Assembly (NCBI GenBank): GCA_964057225.1
Contig: OZ059897.1
Coordinates: 20,956,001 to 21,020,000 of the forward strand
DNA: 64,000 bases
Origin: Auanema rhodensis
Taxonomy: Eukaryota; Animalia; Nematoda
Direction: 5' to 3'
Below the pieces are notes generated by a model. It was not told the DNA's origin. It saw nothing but the letters and a program-made list of their open reading frames with translations, and made no database searches. Positions 42,469-58,300 of the stretch are shown here, piece after piece (position 1 is the first letter of the stretch; the number at the start of each line of letters is the position of its first letter). Both the position numbers and the translations under genes were made by a program.

Positions 42469-45400
42469 TCAGTTGATATCTCGGTGCATTTTTAAGCTAG
42501 CGCAAATCTGATAACACAGATCGACGCAGCTTAAAAATCCGCATCGAATGCACTATACTACATTGAAAAACGCTTGATACAAAAATTAGTTATGATCGTT
42601 TGAAAAATGATGCATTAGTGTATGTTGAGTTTCCATGTACACTCAACATTGCTTCCAAAAACATTTTGACAAAAATTTTTTCGAAAAATTTCAAAATAAT
42701 TTAGCAAAAAGTAGATGTTTTTAGATTCCTTTTTTCAAGGCAAAGACGATGGACAATGTTATTCAACGAAAAAATTATTTCTTCAGGGTGAAAATCGAGG
42801 ATATAAGAGTGAACTTATATCAGTTGATATCTCGGTGCATTTTTAAGCTAGCGCAAATCTGATAACACAGATCGACGCAGCTTAAAAATCCGCATCGAAT
42901 GCACTATACTACATTGAGAAACGCTTAATACAAAAATTAGTTATGATCGTTTGAAAAATGATGCATTAGTGTATGTTGAGTTTCCATGTACACTCAACAT
43001 TGCTTCCAAAAACATTTTGACAAAAATTTTTTCGAAAAATTTCAAAATAATTTAGCAAAAAGTAGATGTTTTTAGATTCCTTTTTTCAAGGCAAAGACGA
43101 TGGACAATGTTATTCAACGAAAAAATTATTTCTTCAGGGTGAAAATCGAGGATATAAGTGTGAACTTATATCAGTTGATATCTCGGTGCATTTTTAAGCT
43201 AGCGCAAATCTGATAACACAGATCGACGCAGCTTAAAAATCCGCATCGAATGCACTATATTACATTGAGAAACACTTGATACAAAAATTAGTTATGATCG
43301 TTTGAAAAATGATGCATTAGTGTATGTTGAGTTTCCATGTACACTCAACATTGCTTCCAAAAACATTTTGACAAAAATTTTTTCGAAAAATTTCAAAATA
43401 ATTTAGCAAAAAGTAAATGTTTTAAGATTCCATTTTTCAAGGCAAAGACGATGGACAATGTTATTCAACGAAAAAATTAATTCTTCAGGGTGAAAATCGA
43501 GGATATAAGTGTGAACTTATATCAGTTGATATCTCGGTGCATTTTTAAGCTAGCGCAAATCTGATAACACAGATCGACGCAGCTTAAAAATCCGCATCGA
43601 ATGCACTATACTACATTAAGAAACGCTTGATACAAAAATTAGTTATGATCGTTTGAAAAATGATGCATTAGTGTATGTTGAGTTTCCATGTACACTCAAC
43701 ATTGCTTCCAAAAACATTTTGACAAAAATTTTTTCGAAAAATTTCAAAATAATTTAGCAAAAAGTAGATGTTTTTAGATTCCATTTTTCAAGACAAAGAC
43801 GATAGACAATGTTATTCAACGAAAAAATTAATTCTTCAGGGTGAAAATCGAGGATATAAGTGTGAACTTATATCAGTTGATATCTCGGTGCATTTTTAAG
43901 CTAGCGCAAATCTGATAACACAGATCGACGCAGCTTAAAAATCCGCATCGAATGCACTATATTACATTGAGAAACACTTGATACAAAAATTAGTTATGAT
44001 CGTTTGAAAAATGATGCATTAGTGTATGTTGAGTTTCCATGTACACTCAACATTGCTTCCAAAAACATTTTGACAAAAATTTTTTCGAAAAATTTCAAAA
44101 TAATTTAGCAAAAAGTAGATGTTTTTAGATTTCTTTTTTCAAGGCAAAGACGATGGACAATGTTATTCAACGAAAAAATTAATTCTTCAGGGTGAAAATC
44201 GAGGATATAAGTGTGAACTTATATCAGTTGATATCTCGGTGCATTTTTAAGCTAGCGCAAATCTGATAACACAGATCGACGCAGCTTAAAAATCCGCATC
44301 GAATGCACTATACTACATTAAGAAACGCTTGATACAAAAATTAGTTATGATCGTTTGAAAAATGATGCATTAGTGTATGTTGAGTTTCCATGTACACTCA
44401 ACATTGCTTCCAAAAACATTTTGACAAAAATTTTTTCGAAAAATTTCAAAATAATTTAGCAAAAAGTAGATGTTTTTAGATTCCATTTTTCAAGGCAAAG
44501 ACGATAGACAATGTTATTCAACGAAAAAATTAATTCTTCAGGGTGAAAATCGAGGATATAAGTGTGAACTTATATCAGTTGATATCTCGGTGCATTTTTA
44601 AGCTAGCGCAAATCTGATAACACAGATCGACGCAGCTTAAAAATCCGCATCGAATGCACTATATTACATTGAGAAACACTTGATACAAAAATTAGTTATG
44701 ATCGTTTGAAAAATGATGCATTAGTGTATGTTGAGTTTCCATGTACACTCAACATTGCTTCCAAAAACATTTTGACAAAAATTTTTTCGAAAAATTTCAA
44801 AATAATTTAGCAAAAAGTAGATGTTTTTAGATTCCTTTTTTCAAGGCAAAGACGATAGACAATGTTATTCAACGAAAAAATTAATTCTTCAGGGTGAAAA
44901 TCGAGGATATAAGTGTGAACTTATATCAGTTGATATCTCGGTGCATTTTTAAGCTAGCGCAAATCTGATAACACAGATCGACGCAGCTTAAAAATCCGCA
45001 TCGAATGCACTATACTACATTGAGAAACGCTTAATACAAAAATTAGTTATGATCGTTTGAAAAATGATGCATTAGTGTATGTTGAGTTTCCATGTACACT
45101 CAACATTGCTTCCAAAAACATTTTGACAAAAATTTTTTCGAAAAATTTCAAAATAATTTAGCAAAAAGTAGATGTTTTTAGATTCCTTTTTTCAAGGCAA
45201 AGACGATGGACAATGTTATTCAACGAAAAAATTATTTCTTCAGGGTGAAAATCGAGGATATAAGTGTGAACTTATATCAGTTGATATCTCGGTGCATTTT
45301 TAAGCTAGCGCAAATCTGATAACACAGATCGACGCAGCTTAAAAATCCGGATCGAATGCACTATACTACATTAAGAAACGTTTGATACAAAAATTAGTTA

Positions 45401-45978
45401 TGATCGTTTGAAAAATGATGCATTAGTGTATGTTGAGTTTCCATGTACACACAACATTGCTTCCAAAAACATTTTGACAAAAATTTTTTCGAAAAATTTC
45501 AAAATAATTTAGCAAAAAGTAGATGTTTTAAGATTCCATTTTTCAAGGCAAAGACGATGGACAATGTTATTCAACGAAAAAATTAATTCTTCAGGGTGAA
45601 AATCGAGGATATAAGTGTGAACTTATATCAGTTGATATCTCGGTGCATTTTTAAGCTAGCGCAAATCTGATAACACAGATCGACGCAGCTTAAAATTCCG
45701 CATCGAATGCACTATACTACATTGAGAAACGCTTAATACAAAAATTAGTTATGATCGTTTGAAAAATGATGCATTAGTGTATGTTGAGTTTCCATGTACA
45801 CTCAACATTGCTTCCAAAAACATTTTGACAAAAATTTTTTCGAAAAATTTCAAAATAATTTAACAAAAAGTAGATGTTTTTAGATTCCATTTTTCAAGGC
45901 AAAGACGATAGACAATGTTATTCAACGAAAAAATTAATTCTTCAGGGTGAAAATCGAGGATATAAGTGTGAACTTATA

Positions 45979-46317
45979 TCAGTTGATATCTCGGTGCATT
46001 TTTAAGCTAGCGCAAATCTGATAACACAGATCGACGCAGCTTAAAAATCCGCATCGAATGCACTATACTACATTGAGAAACGCTTAATACAAAAATTAGT
46101 TATGATCGTTTGAAAAATGATGCATTAGTGTATGTTGAGTTTCCATGTACACTCAACATTGCTTCCAAAAACATTTTGTCGAAAAATTTCAAAATAATTT
46201 AGCAAAAAGTAGATGTTTTTAGATTCCATTTTTCAAGGCAAAGACGATAGACAATGTTATTCAACGAAAAAATTAATTCTTCAGGGTGAAAATCGAGGAT
46301 ATAAGTGTGAACTTATA
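45979..46317. repeat. Truncated 339-bp monomer (12-bp internal deletion)
   Basis: CATTTTG|TCGAAAAA at 46178/46179 replaces the consensus CATTTTG-ACAAAAATTTTT-TCGAAAAA. The array phase shifts by 12. Confidence 0.93.
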
Positions 46318-49300
46318 TCAGTTGATATCTCGGTGCATTTTTAAGCTAGCGCAAATCTGATAACACAGATCGACGCAGCTTAAAAATCCGCATCGAATGC
46401 ACTATACTACATTAAGAAACGCTTGATACAAAAATTAGTTATGATCGTTTGAAAAATGATGCATTAGTGTATGTTGAGTTTCCATGTACACTCAACATTG
46501 CTTCCAAAAACATTTTGACAAAAATTTTTTCGAAAAATTTCAAAATAATTTAGCAAAAAGTAGATGTTTTTAGATTCCATTTTTCAAGGCAAAGACGATA
46601 GACAATGTTATTCAACGAAAAAATTAATTCTTCAGGGTGAAAATCGAGGATATAAGTGTGAACTTATATCAGTTGATATCTCGGTGCATTTTTAAGCTAG
46701 CGCGAATCTGATAACACAGATCGACGCAGCTTAAAAATCCGCATCGAATGCACTATATTACATTGAGAAACACTTGATACAAAAATTAGTTATGATCGTT
46801 TGAAAAATGATGCATTAGTGTATGTTGAGTTTCCATGTACACTCAACATTGCTTCCAAAAACATTTTGACAAAAATTTTTTCGAAAAATTTCAAAATAAT
46901 TTAGCAAAAAGTAGATGTTTTAAGATTCCATTTTTCAAGGCAAAGACGATGGACAATGTTATTCAACGAAAAAATTAATTCTTCAGGGTGAAAATCGAGG
47001 ATATAAGTGTGAACTTATATCAGTTGATATCTCGGTGCATTTTTAAGCTAGCGCAAATCTGATAACACAGATCGACGCAGCTTAAAAATCCGCATCGAAT
47101 GCACTATATTACATTGAGAAACACTTGATACAAAAATTAGTTATGATCGTTTGAAAAATGATGCATTAGTGTATGTTGAGTTTCCATGTACACTCAACAT
47201 TGCTTCCAAAAACATTTTGACAAAAATTTTTTCGAAAAATTTCAAAATAATTTAGCAAAAAGTAGATGTTTTAAGATTCCATTTTTCAAGGCAAAGACGA
47301 TGGACAATGTTATTCAACGAAAAAATTAATTCTTCAGGGTGAAAATCGAGGATATAAGTGTGAACTTATATCAGTTGATATCTCGGTGCATTTTTAAGCT
47401 AGCGCAAATCTGATAACACAGATCGACGCAGCTTAAAAATCCGCATCGAATGCACTATATTACATTGAGAAACGCTTGATACAAAAATTAGTTATGATCG
47501 TTTGAAAAATGATGCATTAGTGTATGTTGAGTTTCCATGTACACTCAACATTGCTTCCAAAAACATTTTGACAAAAATGTTTTCGAAAAATTTCAAAATA
47601 ATTTAGCAAAAAGTAGATGTTTTTAGATTCCATTTTTCAAGGCAAAGACGATAGACAATGTTATTCAACGAAAAAATTAATTCTTCAGGGTGAAAATCGA
47701 GGATATAAGTGTGAACTTATATCAGTTGATATCTCGGTGCATTTTTAAGCTAGCGCAAATCTGATAACACAGATCGACGCAGCTTAAAAATCCGCATCGA
47801 ATGCACTATATTACATTGAGAAACACTTGATACAAAAATTAGTTATGATCGTTTGAAAAATGATGCATTAGTGTATGTTGAGTTTCCATGTACACTCAAC
47901 ATTGCTTCCAAAAACATTTTGACAAAAATTTTTTCGAAAAATTTCAAAATAATTTAGCAAAAAGTAGATGTTTTAAGATTCCATTTTTCAAGGCAAAGAC
48001 GATGGACAATGTTATTCAACGAAAAAATTAATTCTTCAGGGTGAAAATCGAGGATATAAGTGTGAACTTATATCAGTTGATATCTCGGTGCATTTTTAAG
48101 CTAGCGCAAATCTGATAACACAGATCGACGCAGCTTAAAAATCCGCATCGAATGCACTATACTACATTGAGAAACGCTTAATACAAAAATTAGTTATGAT
48201 CGTTTGAAAAATGATGCATTAGTGTATGTTGAGTTTCCATGTACACTCAACATTGCTTCCAAAAACATTTTGACAAAAATTTTTTCGAAAAATTTCAAAA
48301 TAATTTACCAAAAAGTAGATGTTTTTAGATTCCATTTTTCAAGGCAAAGACGATAGACAATGTTATTCAACGAAAAAGTTAATTCTTCAGGGTGAAAATC
48401 GAGGATATAAGTGTGAACTTATATCAGTTGATATCTCGGTGCATTTTTAAGCTAGCGCAAATCTGATAACACAGATCTACGCAGCTTAAAAATCCGCATC
48501 GAATGCACTATATTACATTGAGAAACACTTGATACAAAAATTAGTTATGATCGTTTGAAAAATGATGCATTAGTGTATGTTGAGTTTCCATGTACACTCA
48601 ACATTGCTTCCAAAAACATTTTGACAAAAATTTTTTCGAAAAATTTCAAAATAATTTAGCAAAAAGTAGATGTTTTAAGATTCCATTTTTCAAGGCAAAG
48701 ACGATGGACAATGTTATTCAACGAAAAAATTAATTCTTCAGGGTGAAAATCGAGGATATAAGTGTGAACTTATATCAGTTGATATCTCGGTGCATTTTTA
48801 AGCTAGCGCAAATCTGATAACACAGATCGACGCAGCTTAAAAATCCGCATCGAATGCACTATACTACATTAAGAAACGCTTGATACAAAAATTAGTTATG
48901 ATCGTTTGAAAAATGATGCATTAGTGTATGTTGAGTTTCCATGTACACTCAACATTGCTTTCAAAAACATTTTGACAAAAATTTTTTCGAAAAATTTCAA
49001 AATAATTTAGCAAAAAGTAGATGTTTTTAGATTCCATTTTTCAAGGCAAAGACGATAGACAATGTTATTCAACGAAAAAATTAATTCTTCAGGGTGAAAA
49101 TCGAGGATATAAGTGTGAACTTATATCAGTTGATATCTCGGTGCATTTTTAAGCTAGCGCAAATCTGATAACACAGATCGACGCAGCTTAAAAATCCGCA
49201 TCGAATGCACTATATTACATTGAGAAACACTTGATACAAAAATTAGTTATGATCGTTTGAAAAATGATGCATTAGTGTATGTTGAGTTTCCATGTACACT

Positions 49301-52300
49301 TAACATTGCTTCCAAAAACATTTTGACAAAAATTTTTTCGAAAAATTTCAAAATAATTTAGCAAAAAGTAGATGTTTTTAGATTCCTTTTTTCAAGGCAA
49401 AGACGATGGACAATGTTATTCAACGAAAAAATTAATTCTTCAGGGTGAAAATCGAGGATATAAGTGTGAACTTATATCAGTTGATATCTCGGTGCATTTT
49501 TAAGCTAGCGCAAATCTGATAACACAGATCGACGCAGCTTAAAAATCCGCATCGAATGCACTATACTACATTAAGAAACGCTTGATACAAAAATTAGTTA
49601 TGATCGTTTGAAAAATGATGCATTAGTGTATGTTGAGTTTCCATGTACACTCAACATTGCTTCCAAAAACATTTTGACAAAAATTTTTTCGAAAAATTTC
49701 AAAATAATTTAGCAAAAAGTAGATGTTTTTAGATTCCATTTTTCAAGGCAAAGACGATAGACAATGTTATTCAACGAAAAAATTAATTCTTCAGGGTGAA
49801 AATCGAGGATATAAGTGTGAACTTATATCAGTTGATATCTCGGTGCATTTTTAAGCTAGCGCAAATCTGATAACACAGATCGACGCAGCTTAAAAATCCG
49901 CATCGAATGCACTATATTACATTGAGAAACACTTGATACAAAAATTAGTTATGATCGTTTGAAAAATGATGCATTAGTGTATGTTGAGTTTCCATGTACA
50001 CTCAACATTGCTTCCAAAAACATTTTGACAAAAATTTTTTCGAAAAATTTCAAAATAATTTAGCAAAAAGTAGATGTTTTAAGATTCCATTTTTCAAGGC
50101 AAAGACGATGGACAATGTTATTCAACGAAAAAATTAATTCTTCAGGGTGAAAATCGAGGATATAAGTGTGAACTTATATCAGTTGATATCTCGGTGCATT
50201 TTTAAGCTAGCGCAAATCTGATAACACAGATCGACGCAGCTTAAAAATCCGCATCGAATGCACTATATTACATTGAGAAACACTTGATACAAAAATTAGT
50301 TATGATCGTTTGAAAAATGATGCATTAGTGTATGTTGAGTTTCCATGTACACTCAACATTGCTTCCAAAAACATTTTGACAAAAATTTTTTCGAAAAATT
50401 TCAAAATAATTTAGCAAAAAGTAGATGTTTTAAGATTCCATTTTTCAAGGCAAAGACGATGGACAATGTTATTCAACGAAAAAATTAATTCTTCAGGGTG
50501 AAAATCGAGGATATAAGTGTGAACTTATATCAGTTGATATCTCGGTGCATTTTTAAGCTAGCGCAAATCTGATAACACAGATCGACGCAGCTTAAAAATC
50601 CGCATCGAATGCACTATACTACATTAAGAAACGCTTGATACAAAAATTAGTTATGATCGTTTGAAAAATGATGCATTAGTGTATGTTGAGTTTCCATGTA
50701 CACTCAACATTGCTTCCAAAAACATTTTGACAAAAATTTTTTCGAAAAATTTCAAAATAATTTAGCAAAAAGTAGATGTTTTTAGATTCCATTTTTCAAG
50801 GCAAAGACGATAGACAATGTTATTCAACGAAAAAATTAATTCTTCAGGGTGAAAATCGAGGATATAAGTGTGAACTTATATCAGTTGATATCTCGGTGCA
50901 TTTTTAAGCTAGCGCAAATCTGATAACACAGATCGACGCAGCTTAAAAATCCGCATCGAATGCACTATATTACATTGAGAAACACTTAATACAAAAATTA
51001 GTTATGATCGTTTGAAAAATGATGCATTAGTGTATGTTGAGTTTCCATGTACACTCAACATTGCTTCCAAAAACATTTTGACAAAAATTTTTTCGAAAAA
51101 TTTCAAAATAATTTAGCAAAAAGTAGATGTTTTTAGATTCCATTTTTCAAGGCAAAGACGATGGACAATGTTATTCAACGAAAAAATTGATTCTTCAGGG
51201 TGAAAATCGAGGATATAAGTGTGAACTTATATCAGTTGATATCTCGGTGCATTTTTAAGCTACGCAAATCTGATAACACAGATCGACCCAGCTTAAAAAT
51301 CCGCATCGAATGCACTATACTACATTGAGAAAAGCTTAATACAAAAATTAGTTATGATCGTTTGAAAAATGATGCATTAGTGTATGTTGAGTTTCCATGT
51401 ACACTCAACATTGCTTCCAAAAACATTTTGACAAAAATTTTTTCGAAAAATTTCAAAATAATTTAGCAAAAAGTAGATGTTTTAAGATTCCATTTTTCAA
51501 GGCAAAGACGATGGACAATGTTATTCAACGAAAAAATTAATTCTTCAGGGTGAAAATCGAGGATATAAGTGTGAACTTATATCAGTTGATATCTCGGTGC
51601 ATTTTTAAGCTAGCGCAAATCTGATAACACAGATCGACGCAGCTTAAAAATCCGCATCGAATGCACTATACTACATTGAGAAACGCTTAATACAAAAATT
51701 AGTTATGATCGTTTGAAAAATGATGCATTAGTGTATGTTGAGTTTCCATGTACACTCAACATTGCTTCCAAAAACATTTTGACAAAAATTTTTTCGAAAA
51801 ATTTCAAAATAATTTAGCAAAAAGTAGATGTTTTTAGATTCCATTTTTCAAGGCAAAGACGATAGACAATGTTATTCAACGAAAAAATTAATTCTTCAGG
51901 GTGAAAATCGAGGATATAAGTGTGAACTTATATCAGTTGATATCTCGGTGCATTTTTAAGCTAGCGCAAATCTGATAACACAGATCGACGCAGCTTAAAA
52001 ATCCGCATCGAATGCACTATACTACATTGAGAAACGCTTAATACAAAAATTAGTTATGATCGTTTGAAAAATGATGCATTAGTGTATGTTGAGTTTCCAT
52101 GTACACTCAACATTGCTTCCAAAAACATTTTGACAAAAATTTTTTCGAAAAATTTCAAAATAATTTACCAAAAAGTAGATGTTTTTAGATTCCATTTTTC
52201 AAGGCAAAGACGATAGACAATGTTATTCAACGAAAAAGTTAATTCTTCAGGGTGAAAATCGAGGATATAAGTGTGAACTTATATCAGTTGATATCTCGGT

Positions 52301-55300
52301 GCATTTTTAAGCTAGCGCAAATCTGATAACACAGCTCTACGCAGCTTAAAAATCCGCATCGAATGCACTATATTACATTGAGAAACACTTGATACAAAAA
52401 TTAGTTATGATCGTTTGAAAAATGATGCATTAGTGTATGTTGAGTTTCCATGTACACTCAACATTGCTTCCAAAAACATTTTGACAAAAATTTTTTCGAA
52501 AAATTTCAAAATAATTTAGCAAAAAGTAAATGTTTTAAGATTCCATTTTTCAAGGCAAAGACGATGGACAATGTTATTCAACGAAAAAATTAATTCTTCA
52601 GGGTGAAAATCGAGGATATAAGTGTGAACTTATATCAGTTGATATCTCGGTGCATTTTTAAGCTAGCGCAAATCTGATAACACAGATCGACGCAGCTTAA
52701 AAATCCGGATCGAATGCACTATACTACATTGAGAAACGCTTAATACAAAAATTAGTTATGATCGTTTGAAAAATGATGCATTAGTGTATGTTGAGTTTCC
52801 ATGTACACTCAACATTGCTTCCAAAAACATTTTGACAAAAATTTTTTCGAAAAATTTCAAAATAATTTAGCAAAAAGTAGATGTTTTTAGATTCCATTTT
52901 TCAAGGCAAAGACGATACACAATGTTATTCAACGAAAAAGTTAATTCTTCAGGGTGAAAATCGAGGATATAAGTGTGAACTTATATCAGTTGATATCTCG
53001 GTGCATTTTTAAGCTAGCGCAAATCTGATAACACAGATCGACGCAGCTTAAAAATCCGCATCGAATGCACTATACTACATTGAAAAACGCTTAATACAAA
53101 AATTAGTTATGATCGTTTGAAAAATGATGCATTAGTGTATGTTGAGTTTCCATGTACACTCAACATTGCTTCCAAAAACATTTTGACAAAAATTTTTTCG
53201 AAAAATTTCAAAATAATTTAGCAAAAAGTAGATGTTTTTAGATTCGATTTTTCAAGGCAAAGACGATGGACAATGTTATTCAACGAAAAAATTAATTCTT
53301 CAGGGTGAAAATCGAGGATATAAGTGTGAACTTATATCAGTTGATATCTCGGTGCATTTTTAAGCTAGCGCAAATCTGATAACACAGATCGACGCAGCTT
53401 AAAAATCCGCATCGAATGCACTATACTACATTGAGAAAAGCTTAATACAAAAATTAGTTATGATCGTTTGAAAAATGATGCATTAGTGTATGTTGAGTTT
53501 CCATGTACACTCAACATTGCTTCCAAAAACATTTTGACAAAAATTTTTTCGAAAAATTTCAAAATAATTTACCAAAAAGTAGATGTTTTTAGATTCCATT
53601 TTTCAAGGCAAAGACGATAGACAATGTTATTCAACGAAAAAGTTAATTCTTCAGGGTGAAAATCGAGGATATAAGTGTGAACTTATATCAGTTGATATCT
53701 CGGTGCATTTTTAAGCTAGCGCAAATCTGATAACACAGCTCTACGCAGCTTAAAAATCCGCATCGAATGCACTATATTACATTGAGAAACACTTGATACA
53801 AAAATTAGTTATGATCGTTTGAAAAATGATGCATTAGTGTATGTTGAGTTTCCATGTACACTCAACATTGCTTCCAAAAACATTTTGACAAAAATTTTTT
53901 CGAAAAATTTCAAAATAATTTAGCAAAAAGTAAATGTTTTAAGATTCCATTTTTCAAGGCAAAGACGATGGACAATGTTATTCAACGAAAAAATTAATTC
54001 TTCAGGGTGAAAATCGAGGATATAAGTGTGAACTTATATCAGTTGATATCTCGGTGCATTTTTAAGCTAGCGCAAATCTGATAACACAGATCGACGCAGC
54101 TTAAAAATCCGGATCGAATGCACTATACTACATTGAGAAACGCTTAATACAAAAATTAGTTATGATCGTTTGAAAAATGATGCATTAGTGTATGTTGAGT
54201 TTCCATGTACACTCAACATTGCTTCCAAAAACATTTTGACAAAAATTTTTTCGAAAAATTTCAAAATAATTTAGCAAAAAGTAGATGTTTTTAGATTCGA
54301 TTTTTCAAGGCAAAGACGATGGACAATGTTATTCAACGAAAAAATTAATTCTTCAGGGTGAAAATCGAGGATATAAGTGTGAACTTATATCAGTTGATAT
54401 CTCGGTGCATTTTTAAGCTAGCGCAAATCTGATAACACAGATCGACGCAGCTTAAAAATCCGCATCGAATGCACTATACTACATTGAGAAAAGCTTAATA
54501 CAAAAATTAGTTATGATCGTTTGAAAAATGATGCATTAGTGTATGTTGAGTTTCCATGTACACTCAACATTGCTTCCAAAAACATTTTGACAAAAATTTT
54601 TTCGAAAAATTTCAAAATAATTTAGCAAAAAGTAGATGTTTTTAGATTCCTTTTTTCAAGGCAAAGACGATGGACAATGTTATTCAACGAAAAAATTATT
54701 TCTTCAGGGTGAAAATCGAGGATATAAGTGTGAACTTATATCAGTTGATATCTCGGTGCATTTTTGAGCTAGCGCAAATCTGATAACACAGATCGACGCA
54801 GCTTAAAAATCCGCATCGAATGCACTATACTACATTGAAAAACGCTTGATACAAAAATTAGTTATGATCGTTTGAAAAATGATGCATTAGTGTATGTTGA
54901 GTTTCCATGTACACTCAACATTGCTTCCAAAAACATTTTGACAAAAATTTTTTCGAAAAATTTCAAAATAATTTAGCAAAAAGTAGATGTTTTTAGATTC
55001 CTTTTTTCAAGGCAAAGACGATAGACAATGTTATTCAACGAAAAAGTTAATTCTTCAGGGTGAAAATCGAGGATATAAGTGTGAACTTATATCAGTTGAT
55101 ATCTCGGTGCATTTTTAAGCTAGCGCAAATCTGATAACACAGATCTACGCAGCTTAAAAATCCGCATCGAATGCACTATATTACATTGAGAAACACTTGA
55201 TACAAAAATTAGTTATGATCGTTTGAAAAATGATGCATTAGTGTATGTTGAGTTTCCATGTACACTCAACATTGCTTCCAAAAACATTTTGACAAAAATT

Positions 55301-58300
55301 TTTTCGAAAAATTTCAAAATAATTTAGCAAAAAGTAGATGTTTTTAGATTCCTTTTTTCAAGGCAAAGACGATGGACAATGTTATTCAACGAAAAAATTA
55401 TTTCTTCAGGGTGAAAATCGAGGATATAAGTGTGAACTTATATCAGTTGATATCTCGGTGCATTTTTAAGCTAGCGCAAATCTGATAACACAGATCGACG
55501 CAGCTTAAAAATCCGCATCGAATGCACTATACTACATTGAAAAACGCTTGATACAAAAATTAGTTATGATCGTTTGAAAAATGATGCATTAGTGTATGTT
55601 GAGTTTCCATGTACACTCAACATTGCTTCCAAAAACATTTTGACAAAAATTTTTTCGAAAAATTTCAAAATAATTTAGCAAAAAGTAGATGTTTTTAGAT
55701 TCCTTTTTTCAAGGCAAAGACGATGGACAATGTTATTCAACGAAAAAATTATTTCTTCAGGGTGAAAATCGAGGATATAAGAGTGAACTTATATCAGTTG
55801 ATATCTCGGTGCATTTTTAAGCTAGCGCAAATCTGATAACACAGATCGACGCAGCTTAAAAATCCGCATCGAATGCACTATACTACATTGAGAAACGCTT
55901 AATACAAAAATTAGTTATGATCGTTTGAAAAATGATGCATTAGTGTATGTTGAGTTTCCATGTACACTCAACATTGCTTCCAAAAACATTTTGACAAAAA
56001 TTTTTTCGAAAAATTTCAAAATAATTTAGCAAAAAGTAGATGTTTTTAGATTCCATTTTTCAAGGCAAAGACGATAGACAATGTTATTCAACGAAAAAGT
56101 TAATTCTTCAGGGTGAAAATCGAGGATATAAGTGTGAACTTATATCAGTTGATATCTCGGTGCATTTTTAAGCTAGCGCAAATCTGATAACACAGATCTA
56201 CGCAGCTTAAAAATCCGCATCGAATGCACTATATTACATTGAGAAACACTTGATACAAAAATTAGTTATGATCGTTTGAAAAATGATGCATTAGTGTATG
56301 TTGAGTTTCCATGTACACTCAACATTGCTTCCAAAAACATTTTGACAAAAATTTTTTCGAAAAATTTCAAAATAATTTAGCAAAAAGTAAATGTTTTAAG
56401 ATTCCATTTTTCAAGGCAAAGACGATGGACAATGTTATTCAACGAAAAAATTAATTCTTCAGGGTGAAAATCGAGGATATAAGTGTGAACTTATATCAGT
56501 TGATATCTCGGTGCATTTTTAAGCTAGCGCAAATCTGATAACACAGATCGACGCAGCTTAAAAATCCGGATCGAATGCACTATACTACATTGAGAAACGC
56601 TTAATACAAAAATTAGTTATGATCGTTTGAAAAATGATGCATTAGTGTATGTTGAGTTTCCATGTACACTCAACATTGCTTCCAAAAACATTTTGACAAA
56701 AATTTTTTCGAAAAATTTCAAAATAATTTAGCAAAAAGTAGATGTTTTTAGATTCCATTTTTCAAGGCAAAGACGATACACAATGTTATTCAACGAAAAA
56801 GTTAATTCTTCAGGGTGAAAATCGAGGATATAAGTGTGAACTTATATCAGTTGATATCTCGGTGCATTTTTAAGCTAGCGCAAATCTGATAACACAGATC
56901 GACGCAGCTTAAAAATCCGCATCGAATGCACTATACTACATTGAAAAACGCTTAATACAAAAATTAGTTATGATCGTTTGAAAAATGATGCATTAGTGTA
57001 TGTTGAGTTTCCATGTACACTCAACATTGCTTCCAAAAACATTTTGACAAAAATTTTTTCGAAAAATTTCAAAATAATTTAGCAAAAAGTAAATGTTTTA
57101 AGATTCCATTTTTCAAGGCAAAGACGATGGACAATGTTATTCAACGAAAAAATTAATTCTTCAGGGTGAAAATCGAGGATATAAGTGTGAACTTATATCA
57201 GTTGATATCTCGGTGCATTTTTAAGCTAGCGCAAATCTGATAACACAGATCGACGCAGCTTAAAAATCCGGATCGAATGCACTATACTACATTGAGAAAC
57301 GCTTAATACAAAAATTAGTTATGATCGTTTGAAAAATGATGCATTAGTGTATGTTGAGTTTCCATGTACACTCAACATTGCTTCCAAAAACATTTTGACA
57401 AAAATTTTTTCGAAAAATTTCAAAATAATTTAGCAAAAAGTAGATGTTTTTAGATTCCATTTTTCAAGGCAAAGACGATACACAATGTTATTCAACGAAA
57501 AAGTTAATTCTTCAGGGTGAAAATCGAGGATATAAGTGTGAACTTATATCAGTTGATATCTCGGTGCATTTTTAAGCTAGCGCAAATCTGATAACACAGA
57601 TCGACGCAGCTTAAAAATCCGCATCGAATGCACTATACTACATTGAAAAACGCTTAATACAAAAATTAGTTATGATCGTTTGAAAAATGATGCATTAGTG
57701 TATGTTGAGTTTCCATGTACACTCAACATTGCTTCCAAAAACATTTTGACAAAAATTTTTTCGAAAAATTTCAAAATAATTTAGCAAAAAGTAGATGTTT
57801 TTAGATTTGATTTTTCAAGGCAAAGACGATGGACAATGTTATTCAACGAAAAAATTAATTCTTCAGGGTGAAAATCGAGGATATAAGTGTGAACATATAT
57901 CAGTTGATATCTCGGTGCATTTTTAAGCTAGCGCAAATCTGATAACACAGATCGACGCAGCTTAAAAATCCGCATCGAATGCACTATACTACATTGAGAA
58001 AAGCTTGATACAAAAATTAGTTATGATCGTTTGAAAAATGATGCATTAGTGTATGTTGAGTTTCCATGTACACTCAACATTGCTTCCAAAAACATTTTGA
58101 CAAAAATTTTTTCGAAAAATTTCAAAATAATTTAGCAAAAAGTAGATGTTTTTAGATTCCTTTTTTCAAGGCAAAGACGATGGACAATGTTATTCAACGA
58201 AAAAATTATTTCTTCAGGGTGAAAATCGAGGATATAAGTGTGAACTTATATCAGTTGATATCTCGGTGCATTTTTAAGCTAGCGCAAATCTGATAACACA

